NCBI GenBank assembly: GCA_963745235.1 | Contig: CAVUXE010000099.1 | Coordinates: forward strand, 32,001-96,000 | Length of the DNA stretch: 64,000 bases | Origin: an uncultured Spirochaetota bacterium | GTDB lineage: Bacteria; Spirochaetota; Spirochaetia; SZUA-6; Fen-1364 | Reading direction: 5' to 3' | Shown here: positions 29,136 to 39,009 of the stretch, one piece after another | Layout of the letters: each line of letters starts with the position of its first letter | Numbering within the stretch: position 1 is the stretch's first letter | Made by a program: the position numbers and the translations under genes | The notes under the pieces: generated by a model | The model's database searches: none | What the model was told of the DNA's origin: nothing | What the model saw: only the letters and a program-made list of their open reading frames with translations

Positions 29136-29764
29136 ATCCCTGTTATCGGCAGGCCGGAGAGTATTTTCCATATCTCCTCATGGATGGCCCCCGCCGGCCT
29201 GTCACCGTTGACGATGGAAATGGCCATGCCGCTGGCGGCGAATCTCTCCAGGGCAGCCAGGTAGTTCTCACGCACCCTGGCCTGGAACGCCACGCTGTCG
29301 AAAAGCTCTGCCTTGTTTCGCCGGGAAAGCCTTTCCTGGCTGACTTCCACCGGGGTGTCGATGAAAAGGAGGCACTGCGGGAAGGGGAAGCCCTGGTTCA
29401 GGTTCCAGACGAAGTCGAAGCCGCACTCGATGGACTGGTAGGCGAGGCTTGAAAAGAGGTAGCGGTCGCAGACGACGAGCTCTCCCCGCGAGGCAGTGGC
29501 CAGGATCCCCGCTTCCGGCGCATGGAGGTGCTCGTTTCGATCTGCCGCATAGAGCATCGCCGTTGTCGTGGGAAGCGCCTTCACCTCGCGCGCCAGGATG
29601 GCGCGAAGAAGCTTTCCCACCGGGCCATCGGTGGGCTCCCAGGTTGCTGTATGCTTCTTCCCGGCGGAGCTCAGCCTCTGGGAAAGCAGCTTCAGCTGGG
29701 TGGAAGTGCCCGCCCCGTCGAGCCCTTCCAGAACAATGAAACTTCGAAGTATAGTGTTTTTCAC
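29132..29764 (-). CDS. tmk: Thymidylate kinase
   Basis: Has FIVLEGLDGAGTST, EPT, AADR and CDRYLFSSLAYQ. Confidence 0.93.
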   Translation of the reverse strand: MKNTILRSFIVLEGLDGAGTSTQLKLLSQRLSSAGKKHTATWEPTDGPVGKLLRAILAREVKALPTTTAMLYAADRNEHLHAPEAGILATASRGELVVCDRYLFSSLAYQSIECGFDFVWNLNQGFPFPQCLLFIDTPVEVSQERLSRRNKAELFDSVAFQARVRENYLAALERFAASGMAISIVNGDRPAGAIHEEIWKILSGLPITGM

Positions 29765-29779
29765 CGGGCGCCGATTGTA

Positions 29780-30091
29780 ATGCGAACCGCCTGCCTTGTC
29801 ATCGCCATCTTGCTCTTCTCCATTGCTTTCCGTGGCTACCCGCAGGAGAGCGCAGCTTCCCAGGAAGGGCGCGCGCCGGCAGGCGGCATAGATCAGGATA
29901 TCACGTTGACCGGGGGGGATGAGACCGCCCTTCCCGTTCCTCCGCCGGGAGGACCGGGGCCGCTCCTGGTTCCTGACGTGGATCTCCAGAGGCCGCCTGC
30001 ACTTTTTCGCGCTCCCGTGCTCCCTCCCTCCGGGGTATGGGCTGCTCCTCCCGCGGAGTGGCGCGTGAAGGATCCCCTTCATGCGGGCTGA
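29780..30091 (+). CDS. Small Pro-rich exported protein
   Basis: Signal peptide MRTACLVIAILLFSIAF. The gene overlaps the start of the next gene. Confidence 0.55.
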   Translation: MRTACLVIAILLFSIAFRGYPQESAASQEGRAPAGGIDQDITLTGGDETALPVPPPGGPGPLLVPDVDLQRPPALFRAPVLPPSGVWAAPPAEWRVKDPLHAG

Positions 30092-30857
30092 AGAAACCCG
30101 CAGACAGCGCCCAAGCCCCCCAACTCGGGCGTCCGTGATCGTAGTCGAAGAACCCGAAACAACGGATTTCCCTCGACGAGCTCTTCCCTGGCTTGCATCC
30201 CTGACCTTCCTTGCGGTCCTTCTGGCTGCCTCCACCGTGATCGTCTTCGACCGCACCGAGCTGCCGCTGCCGCCGGAGCCGGTCGAGGTGGTCCTGGGCG
30301 GTGCCTCCCTGGAGCAACTGCAGGACGACAGCGCTGGCTCTGCCGGGGGGCGCCTCTCACCATCTTCAGCGAGGCTGGCGCTTCCCGCCCCCGGGGGCAT
30401 TGTCGGGGCACGCCCCGGCCGTCCCGTTGTCTCTTCGGATGCCCCGCCTCGCATGCGGCCCATCGGCATCCCGGCCGGCGGTGGCGTTGACAGCATCCCT
30501 CAGCCCTCCGCCCAGGACGTTCTGTCCGACCTTCCCTCCGCTTCCTCTCCGGAGGCGCACTCGGATGGGCAGTTCGGCTGGGAGCAGGGCAAGCCGCGTA
30601 GAGTCCTCTCCCGCCAAGATCCGCAGTTTCCTCCCTTCCTTGGCGCCGCGGGCGTCGAGGTCGAATGCACGGCGCGCATCACCGTTTCCCCCATGGGAGC
30701 GGTGACTCGAGTGGAAATAACCCGTAGTTCAGGGTATACTGAAATAGATGCCAGCGTTGAGGCAGCCCTCCGTGAGTACCTATTCTCTCAGGTGGACGGG
30801 AGGAAAGACGAGGTTGGAACGGTAAGGTTCCGCTTCCGCCTGGAGAAGCCGAATTGA
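30081..30857 (+). CDS. TonB-family protein (TM anchor, Pro-rich linker, TonB C-terminal domain)
   Basis: Has PQFP..., ITVSPMGAV, ITRSSGYTEIDASVEAALREYLF and terminal VRFRFRL. Confidence 0.8.
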   Translation: MRAEETRRQRPSPPTRASVIVVEEPETTDFPRRALPWLASLTFLAVLLAASTVIVFDRTELPLPPEPVEVVLGGASLEQLQDDSAGSAGGRLSPSSARLALPAPGGIVGARPGRPVVSSDAPPRMRPIGIPAGGGVDSIPQPSAQDVLSDLPSASSPEAHSDGQFGWEQGKPRRVLSRQDPQFPPFLGAAGVEVECTARITVSPMGAVTRVEITRSSGYTEIDASVEAALREYLFSQVDGRKDEVGTVRFRFRLEKPN

Positions 30858-33800
30858 AGAAAGCGTTTGTCACCTTATTTGCCCTGGCGAGCCTCTGCGT
30901 CCTTCTGGGGCTGACAGTGATCCTGGGGTCCGCAATCAGCCGGGAAATGGCGCGGCGGATGGCGCAGCTGAAATCAGCAAGCATCAGCGAGCTGGAATCA
31001 GTCCTCGGACATACGGTGACCTACACCAGCATCTCTCCGTCCTTCCTCAACTACCTGGAAGTGCGTGACCTGACCATCCACGATTCTGCTGACACGGGCA
31101 ATGCCCTCCTCACGATCCACCGGCTTCGCATCTACTACAGCCTGGTTCACCTCCTGGCCACCGGCGACCCCGTGGGGTCGCTGCGCGAGATACGGATCCT
31201 GAATACGCGCTTCGCCCTCGACCTGCAGAAGGACACGACGGTGATCGATCTCCTGCAGAAGCTCACGGCAGTCGGAGGCGGTGAAAGCGGCCTTCACGCC
31301 CGCGTCACCGGCGCGGATGTCGACATCGTTCTCCAGACAGACGGAACCACCGTGACGATCTCCCACCTTTTCTTCCAGGTCGACACTGCGAGGGACGCGC
31401 TGGCTGTTTCTTTTCGGGGGAACTGTCATGGGGTCCTTGCGTCCGGGTTCGATTTCACTTCGGGAGTGGACGTTTCCGGAAAGGTCGATCGGGCGTTCAC
31501 GTGGTCCGACCTCACCGTACGCCTCCTGTCTTTCGACAGCTCCCTGTTTGCGCTGGAAAAGCAGACCTTGCAGGTTGTCTGGAAGGGAAGCCAGGTGCAG
31601 GTCCACAAGATAGAGGACAGGTCACCCATTGACCTGGGGGTGACGGCGGACCTCGACCAGCAGCAGCTGACGGTGAGCTTCCAGACCGACGGACTGCGCG
31701 CGGACCACCTGGTGCGGTTTTCCGGCGCCATGGAGAGATTCAACAACTGGCTGAAGGCACCGCTGACGGCGGCAGGTCATCTCACGTACGTATTTCCGAC
31801 CCACAGTCTCGCCTACCAGGCGGGTGTCTCGGTCTGGTTCCAGGATCAGCTCCCCATCCATGACCTGACCCTGGACTCCACGTTCTCCGGGACTGAAAAG
31901 GGCGCCTCGTTTTCCCCGCTGCGCATTTCCTCCCCCTCGGGAAGTCTCCAGTTCGACGGCAGCGTTCGATACGACACGTTCTATCCGGAAGGGATGCTCA
32001 CCCTGGTCAACGTGGATGCGGGCACGGGTCGTCGCGTGAGCGCGGATCTCTCGATCCACCCGAGGAACGGCGGGATCGAAGTCGACGGGCGGCACCTGCT
32101 CATCGGGCAAGTCGGGTTTGACGATTTTTCCATCGCGTTGACGCCTGAGGAGCGAGGGAGCGCGTTCACCCTCGAGTCTTCCTTTGCGGACGCCGCCCCC
32201 GGCCACATCTCAGCCCATGGGGAGCTTCTGCTCAGGAAGCCCGTCCGCAGCGCCCTCTCCGCCGGAGACGCGGAGGCTGCGCGGCTTCCCGCAATCACGC
32301 TCTCAGCATCCCTCCGTGATGTGCCCCCGGACAAGCTTTACCACCTGCTGATGGGCGCCGGCACCCTTTCCCGTCAACAGGAAGACATCAGGAACGTGCT
32401 GACCCGTTGCGTCGTAAACACGGACCTCGAGTTGAAGACAGACCTTTCAACCGTGACGGTGAGCAGCCCGCTTGTCACCGTCACCCAGGCGGACAATCCA
32501 GGGACCAGCGTCCGCTTCGCCGCCCTTGTCGACTCATCTCATGTCGCCATCAACGATCTCTCGGGCACGTGGAAAGGCTATTCCGTGGCCGGGTCGTTCG
32601 AGGCCACTTTCGCCGAAGCCGGTCAGGTCGGTTTTTCATCCAATCTTGCGATTCTTGGAACGAAGTTCATTCTCGATGGCAGGTATTCGGACGCCGGAGG
32701 CCTCTTCGTGACCGGCTCCTATGGCCTGCAGGTGAGCGTGACTCCCAACAGGGACGGGAGCTACTCCCTCCAGGGGCGGGCGAGCCAGCTGCCCATTCCG
32801 GTTTCCGGCTCATCCCTTGCCGTCTCATTCGACATGGGCGGGCTGTATTCCGGGCCGGGCGAATGGGTGGCGCGAGCCCAGTCGTTCACGGTCTACAACG
32901 TGCCCCTGCTCGAGTCCAAGAGGAACTCGGTCAGCTTCTCGGCCCGGATGACGCCACGGAGGCTCGAGCTGGACCAGATTACCTTCACGGACGCCTATTC
33001 GGCGCTGACGGGGTCAGCTGAAGTGTCCCTCGCAATGCCGGCAGACCCCTTTGGAGCGCGTTTCCTGGAAACCCTTGCCGCGCAGTTCAAGGGCGCCCTG
33101 AAGGGTGCGGGGGGGGCCGAGTCCTACACCGCGCAGGGAACATTGAAGAACGGGACTCTCGGAATACGCGTTGCGTTCGACGGAGTGCCGCTCGAGCGCA
33201 TGCGTTCCCTCTCGATCCATGGTTCCCTTTCGGGAACGGGAACAATTGCGGGGCCCGTGGCGCGCCCGTCCATGACGCTCCAGGTGAGCCTGAAAGATGG
33301 AAGGCTCGGCACCGACCCGATTTCCATGGAGACCGGTGCGGCCCTCTCGCCGGGGTCCATCCAGCTCAGCGCATTGAAGATCACGTACCTTGCCCACAGC
33401 CTGAGCGATGGGACAGGATCGCTTGATCTGAAAAAAGGCGCTTTCTCACTCGGGGGGCGGTATGCGGGTGAGTATTTTTCGGATCACGTTCACCTCCTCG
33501 CCCGGCTGGAAGGACAGTTCGCCCCGTCCTCTTTGGCAGCCAATCTCCTTGACCAGGGTCTCCAGGGCAGGTTGAGCCTGAGCGAGATAACAGTCGAAGG
33601 AAAACCGTTTTCGCCGTGGGGGGTCACGTTCCGCACACAAAAGGGGAGGCTGACCCTGGACGGAGGTCCCGGCAATTCCATTCATGGGTCCGTGGACTCT
33701 CACCTGGCCTTCGCAATCCACCTTGCCAGCCCGCTTCCCTTTGTCGGGGACGCCGGTGGCAGGATCGTCGGAGACCGTATCATGGCGTCAGCAGCCATGG

Positions 33801-35275
33801 AGGCCTTCGATGCAACCGTCCTCAACTCGGTCCTCAGGACGGCCTCAGTCACCACGCAGTCCGGCACCTCACCCGTTCTCAGCTTCACGTCGGGGACAGC
33901 GTCCGGCCGCCTCTCCATCAGCGGGCCGGTCAACGACCCGGATTTCAACGGCGAGCTGTCCGTCATGGGCGCAGGCGTGCGCTGCGCCTATTCCCCTGAC
34001 GTCGCGGGGCCAATCAACACCCGCCTTGTATTCGATGGCAAGGGCTTCCACTTTTCCCGCGTCGTGGTCAACGCGGGGGCAAGCCGGCTGAGCGCGGAGG
34101 CGAGCTTCACCATTGATCACTGGGCGCCGATTGCCTTCGACCTGACCCTGCGCACGGAGGGGGAGACCGCGGCCCACCTCAAGGCGAAGTTCGGCCGAAT
34201 GATAGCTGACGGCCACATCTTGGGGAATATGCGGATAGCCGGAGACGACAGGAGCACGAACGTGACCGGCGACATCCTGGTGACCGACTGCCGCATCACC
34301 CTGGGAGCGGCGCCGCACGGGCAGTTCACTCCCGAGGAGCCCCCGACGTTCCTGACACTGAACGCGGAAACCGGGAAGCGGGTGGAGTTCGCATGGCCGT
34401 CGGAGAGCTACCCGGTGCTGCGGACAACGGCGAGCCCGGGCGGGAAGCTGGCCATCACCTACCGGGGCGACACCGGTGCCTACACGGTGAAGGGGACCAG
34501 CGCGGTGCAGGGCGGTGAGATCTACTACTTCGAACGAAGCTTCATTCTCAGGAAAGGAACGATAACCTTCAACGAGGACCAGTCGAGCTTCGATCCGAGG
34601 ATCACGGCCCGGGCAGAGGTCCGGGAGTGGGACCCTTCGTCGGGGGAGGAGATCAGGATCTATCTCGACGCGGACAACCCGCTCAGCAAGTTCACTCCCC
34701 GGTTCAGCTCGGATCCTCCTCGCTCGGAAAACTATCTCATGGCGATGATCGGCGCACCGTTCATTGCGCGTGCGGAGACGCAGGGTCTTGGCCTGTCAGC
34801 GGCGTTGATCTCCTCCGACGTCGTCAGCCAGGCGTGGCTCCTGCGCCCGCTGGAGCAGCGGCTGCGCGACGTGCTCGGAATGGACATGGTGTCCGTACGG
34901 ACGCAGATCATTCAGAACCTCCTGGCGCAGAGGCTATTCGGAACCACGTTGAATCCCCTTGACAACACCAGCATCTCTCTTGGAAAGTACCTCGGGAACG
35001 ATCTCTTTCTGGAAATGCTCGTGAGGCTGCAGACGCAACCGGTCCCCGGTGCTGCCGGGCTCTCCGTGAACCCGGCGGGAAGCGGAGTGGGGCTTCCTCC
35101 CATTCCGGCCGCGACCCTGCCAACGGCTGGAATCGGGCTCCAGCCGCAGCTCGAGTGGAGCATGGAATGGACAACGCCATTCTTCACGCTCGACTGGATC
35201 TTTCAGCCTCAGCATCCAGAAACGCTGTTCCTGACGGACAATGCGCTGTCGTTCAGCTGGAGATTTTCTTACTGA
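30854..35275 (+). CDS. tamB: TamB-like translocation/assembly protein
   Basis: 1473-aa beta-rich protein with an N-terminal anchor. C-terminus has FDPRITARAE and SLGKYLGNDLFL. It lies directly before bamA. Confidence 0.8.
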   Translation: MKKAFVTLFALASLCVLLGLTVILGSAISREMARRMAQLKSASISELESVLGHTVTYTSISPSFLNYLEVRDLTIHDSADTGNALLTIHRLRIYYSLVHLLATGDPVGSLREIRILNTRFALDLQKDTTVIDLLQKLTAVGGGESGLHARVTGADVDIVLQTDGTTVTISHLFFQVDTARDALAVSFRGNCHGVLASGFDFTSGVDVSGKVDRAFTWSDLTVRLLSFDSSLFALEKQTLQVVWKGSQVQVHKIEDRSPIDLGVTADLDQQQLTVSFQTDGLRADHLVRFSGAMERFNNWLKAPLTAAGHLTYVFPTHSLAYQAGVSVWFQDQLPIHDLTLDSTFSGTEKGASFSPLRISSPSGSLQFDGSVRYDTFYPEGMLTLVNVDAGTGRRVSADLSIHPRNGGIEVDGRHLLIGQVGFDDFSIALTPEERGSAFTLESSFADAAPGHISAHGELLLRKPVRSALSAGDAEAARLPAITLSASLRDVPPDKLYHLLMGAGTLSRQQEDIRNVLTRCVVNTDLELKTDLSTVTVSSPLVTVTQADNPGTSVRFAALVDSSHVAINDLSGTWKGYSVAGSFEATFAEAGQVGFSSNLAILGTKFILDGRYSDAGGLFVTGSYGLQVSVTPNRDGSYSLQGRASQLPIPVSGSSLAVSFDMGGLYSGPGEWVARAQSFTVYNVPLLESKRNSVSFSARMTPRRLELDQITFTDAYSALTGSAEVSLAMPADPFGARFLETLAAQFKGALKGAGGAESYTAQGTLKNGTLGIRVAFDGVPLERMRSLSIHGSLSGTGTIAGPVARPSMTLQVSLKDGRLGTDPISMETGAALSPGSIQLSALKITYLAHSLSDGTGSLDLKKGAFSLGGRYAGEYFSDHVHLLARLEGQFAPSSLAANLLDQGLQGRLSLSEITVEGKPFSPWGVTFRTQKGRLTLDGGPGNSIHGSVDSHLAFAIHLASPLPFVGDAGGRIVGDRIMASAAMEAFDATVLNSVLRTASVTTQSGTSPVLSFTSGTASGRLSISGPVNDPDFNGELSVMGAGVRCAYSPDVAGPINTRLVFDGKGFHFSRVVVNAGASRLSAEASFTIDHWAPIAFDLTLRTEGETAAHLKAKFGRMIADGHILGNMRIAGDDRSTNVTGDILVTDCRITLGAAPHGQFTPEEPPTFLTLNAETGKRVEFAWPSESYPVLRTTASPGGKLAITYRGDTGAYTVKGTSAVQGGEIYYFERSFILRKGTITFNEDQSSFDPRITARAEVREWDPSSGEEIRIYLDADNPLSKFTPRFSSDPPRSENYLMAMIGAPFIARAETQGLGLSAALISSDVVSQAWLLRPLEQRLRDVLGMDMVSVRTQIIQNLLAQRLFGTTLNPLDNTSISLGKYLGNDLFLEMLVRLQTQPVPGAAGLSVNPAGSGVGLPPIPAATLPTAGIGLQPQLEWSMEWTTPFFTLDWIFQPQHPETLFLTDNALSFSWRFSY

Positions 35276-35332
35276 AGCCGCGGCGCAATCGCCGGCATCG
35301 CAGAGTGAATCCGAGTTAAAGGAGTCCGTTTG

Positions 35333-38017
35333 ATGAACCGTGTCACACTCGTCGCCTCTGCCATTCTCGCTCTGGTTCTGGCCGTTTCCGCCGGCGCACA
35401 AGCCCAGGACCAGGGGGGGGCGGAGGCAAGCGGCACAGCCGCACCGGGGGCAGGCGTACCCGGGGCAGGCCCCTTTCTGCCTGCCCCGGATCAGGGACAG
35501 CCTGGCGGTGCCACGGGCGGCGCGGAAGCCGGTGGGCAGGCCCCCCAGCCCGCTCCGCAGGAATGGTACGTCGGCAAGCCCATCAAGGACTTCACTTTCA
35601 CCGGCCTCGCCACTATCAAGGCCGAAGACCTGAGGGCCATCGTGGCGCCCTACATCGGGCAGAGCTTCAGCGTGGACCCGCTCCTGTGGGAGATCGAAGG
35701 CAAGCTGTACGCGCTGGACTACTTCGAGACCATCGTGCCCAACGCTCTTCCCGCGGACGATTCCAAATCCGCTGTCATCATCCAGTTCGACGTCAAGGAA
35801 CGGCCCGTCATCGTCGCCGTGGAGATCAACGGGAACAGCGGGATCCGCACGAGCGACATCACCGACAAGATCCTCCTGAAAAAAGGGGACCTGGCCAACC
35901 AGACGAAGCTGCAGGCGGACCTGGAGGCGGTGCGATCCCTTTACCTGGAAAAGGGCTACACGGAAGCCGACGTGAAGGCGAGCTTCGTCTCCGGGGACAA
36001 GGACAACACGGTCAAGGCCGTCTTCACGATCAGCGAGGGGCTTGCCACCACCATCAAGGAGATACGCTTCTCCGGCAACCACTTCGCGTCGGAAAGCACC
36101 CTTCGCGGCCTCATGAAAACGAAGCCTCCGTCCCTGTTCGAACCGGGAATCTTCCAGGAGTCAAAGCTGGAGGATGACAAGGCGGCCATCATCGCATACT
36201 ACACGGACCACGGGTTCATCGACGCGAAGATCGACAAGGTCACGCAGGAGACCTCGAAAACAAAGGAAGGAAAGAACTCCCTCGTGCTCACGGTCTACAT
36301 CACCGAAGGCGACCAGTGGAACTACGGCGGGCTGACCATCGACGGGAACCAGATATTCACCACCAAGCGTCTCCTGGAGCTCGTCACGCAGAAAGCCGGG
36401 AAGACTCTGAGCCTCCAGAAGCTCCAGACGGATATCGGGCGGATCCAGGACCTGTACTACGAAAACGGGTACATCTTCAACACCTTCGAGCGCAAGGAGA
36501 ATCGTGACGACGCAACCAAGACCATCACCTACACGCTCAACGTCGGGGAGATGGACAAGGCGCACATCGAGAACATCATCTTCAAGGGCAACACGAAAAC
36601 CAAGGAGTACGTCCTGCGAAGGGAGCTCCCCTTCGAGGAAGGGGAAGTCTTCAACAAGGAGAAGATCATCGAGGGGTACCGCAACCTCGTCAACCTCCAG
36701 TACTTCAAGACCGTGCAGCCTGATACGCCCCAGGGCTCGGCATTCGGCCTGATGAACGTCGTGTTCAACGTGGAGGAGGCCAGCACCGCGGACATCAACT
36801 TCGGCGTCATTTTCTCCGGCGCCCAGCAGCTGGGTGACTTCCCCATCTCGGGCGTCATCAAGTGGAACGAGCGCAACTTCATGGGCAGGGGACAGACAGT
36901 GGGCGTGGACCTGGAAGCATCTCCCATCAAGCAGAGCATTTCACTGAACTTCCAGGAGCCGTGGCTCATGGATCAACGCTGGTCGGTCGGCGTTTCCCTT
37001 TCCTTCGACCATTCGAATGAGCAGAACGTCCTGATGGACATGCTCCCCCCCATCTTCAGCGACGCTGATGCTCCGAACGCGGCCCCGGATCCTTATACCT
37101 CCCGGCAGGACTACCTGAATGCGCTGGAGGCCGGGCTGAGCATACCTTCGCAGTACCTCATGCGCTATGACGCGTACGACATCATCCTCGGACTGAACAC
37201 CGGCTACAAGTTCGCCACGCCGCTGGGGTTCCTCGGGTTCACCGGCGGGTACGCACCCACCATGAGATACATCAGCTACGATGCAAGCCTGTACCGGCCC
37301 TTCGAAGTGACTGTCCGAGACAACAACCTTCGCTGGAGCTTCATCGACTCGATCTCCGCCAGCGTGTACCTGGACGGGAGGGACATCTACTGGAACCCGA
37401 CCAACGGATACTACATCTCGCCAGGCGGTCACCTATACGGGTGGATTCATCCTTGGTGACAGGGACTACATCCGCACTGATTCCACGCTGGAGGGCTTCC
37501 TGACGCTCCTGAACGTCCCGCTGTCGGAGGCCTGGAGCCTGCAGTTCGTGCTTGCGGCGCATTCGTCCATGTCCCTGATCCTCCCCCAGTACAGCTACGA
37601 TTCTCTGACGGGGCAGTGGAGCTGCAGACCGTCACGGACGACACCGACCTGCTGTACATCGACGGAATGACCGTGGGTCGCGGATGGAGAGTCCTCTACG
37701 GCAACGCGCTCTGGGACAACAAGCTGGAGCTGCGCATGCCCATTGCGAAGGACTACGTGTGGCTCGTCGGGTTCTTCGACGCGGCGGCGCTCTGGCCGGA
37801 TGCGAGCCTACATCTCGCAGGCCAATCTCAACAACTACTACTTTTCCTACGGGCTGGGGATTCGCTTCGTGATCCCGCAGTTCCCCATCCGCATCTACCT
37901 GGCCGGGATTTCAAGATCGACAATTCCGGGAACGTCACGTATCAGCCCGGCGACTTCAGCCTTGGCGGCTGGGGCCTCAAGTTCGTCATTTCGCTCGGCG
38001 GAGGGACGCTGTTCTAG
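35333..38017 (+). CDS. bamA: Outer membrane protein assembly factor BamA, several frameshifts at 37420-37905
   Basis: Five POTRA-like repeats, GNTKTKEYVLRRE, ERNFMGRGQ, FQEPW, YGLGIRF and terminal Phe. Confidence 0.93.
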
Positions 38018-38033
38018 GGTGAGGAGGAAGGCG

Positions 38034-38584
38034 ATGAGAAAGCTCTTTGCAGTCCTTGCGGCAGGCATTGTCCTGGCTCTCCCCGTCGCGCGCGCAGCAG
38101 GTCACGAAGGTCGGGATATGCGATTTCACGCGCGTGCTCAGCACCGCCTACAAGGAGTCGAAGGCGTACCGGGATTACGACGCCGCCAGGGCGGACTATA
38201 CAAAGGAAATCACGGCCACAACACGCGACATCACGGACCTGGAGAACCAGAAGCTGGACGCGGACAAGGCGGGAAACCAGGACCTCTCCCTGACCCTGGA
38301 GAAAAAGATCGGCGGACAGGAAGGCCTACCTGGAGAACTACCGCCGCGTGAAGCTCGCCATCCTCCAGCAGCAGGCGGACAAGCTGCTCAGCGGGCCCGT
38401 GCTCAAGGAGATCATGGACGTGGTGAACTACGTCGCGGAGGGGGACGGCTATGCCCTGGTCCTGCGAAGCGACGGAGATTTCGGCGCGGGCATCCTGTAC
38501 CGCATCATGGAAATCGACATCACCGACAAGGTGATCAAGGAGCTCTTCAACCGGGCGGGAAAGACGTACACCGGGGGGCAGTAG
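38034..38584 (+). CDS. OmpH/Skp family chaperone, frameshifted
   Basis: Signal peptide, QQVTKVGICD, coiled coil, VAEGDGYALVL and DITDKVI. It follows bamA. Confidence 0.8.
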
Positions 38585-39007
38585 TGGGGAGGATCCTCGG
38601 GATCGACCTGGGCACAAAGCGCGTGGGCCTTGCCCTCACTGATCCCCTGCGAACCTTCGCGTTCTCCGCTTGCCACTGTCCCGCTCGTCTCCGAGAAGTC
38701 CATCGCGGAGGAGATCCTGCGGCTGTGCGCGGAGCGCGGGGTGGACCTCGTGGTCATTGGCATGCCCTACGAAGAGGACGGCGGCGAAGGGGAAGGCTGC
38801 GCCCGCGCGCGTCGCATCCAGGAGAGACTCAAGGCCGGGGGGCTCAGGACCGCGTTCCAGGACGAGACCTGGTCCAGCCGTGACGCCGAGGCAGCCCTCA
38901 AGGAAGCAGGGAAAAACAGGCGCAATTCCAAGGAAGCGGTTGACATGATTGCCGCTTCCCTCATCCTCCGGGACTACCTGGAGCACATCTCCCCGACGAG
39001 CACCTGA
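38584..39007 (+). CDS. ruvX: YqgF/RuvX family nuclease, frameshift near 38662
   Basis: Has [29 protein letters not shown] and [10 protein letters not shown]. Confidence 0.9.
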
Positions 39008-39009
39008 CC

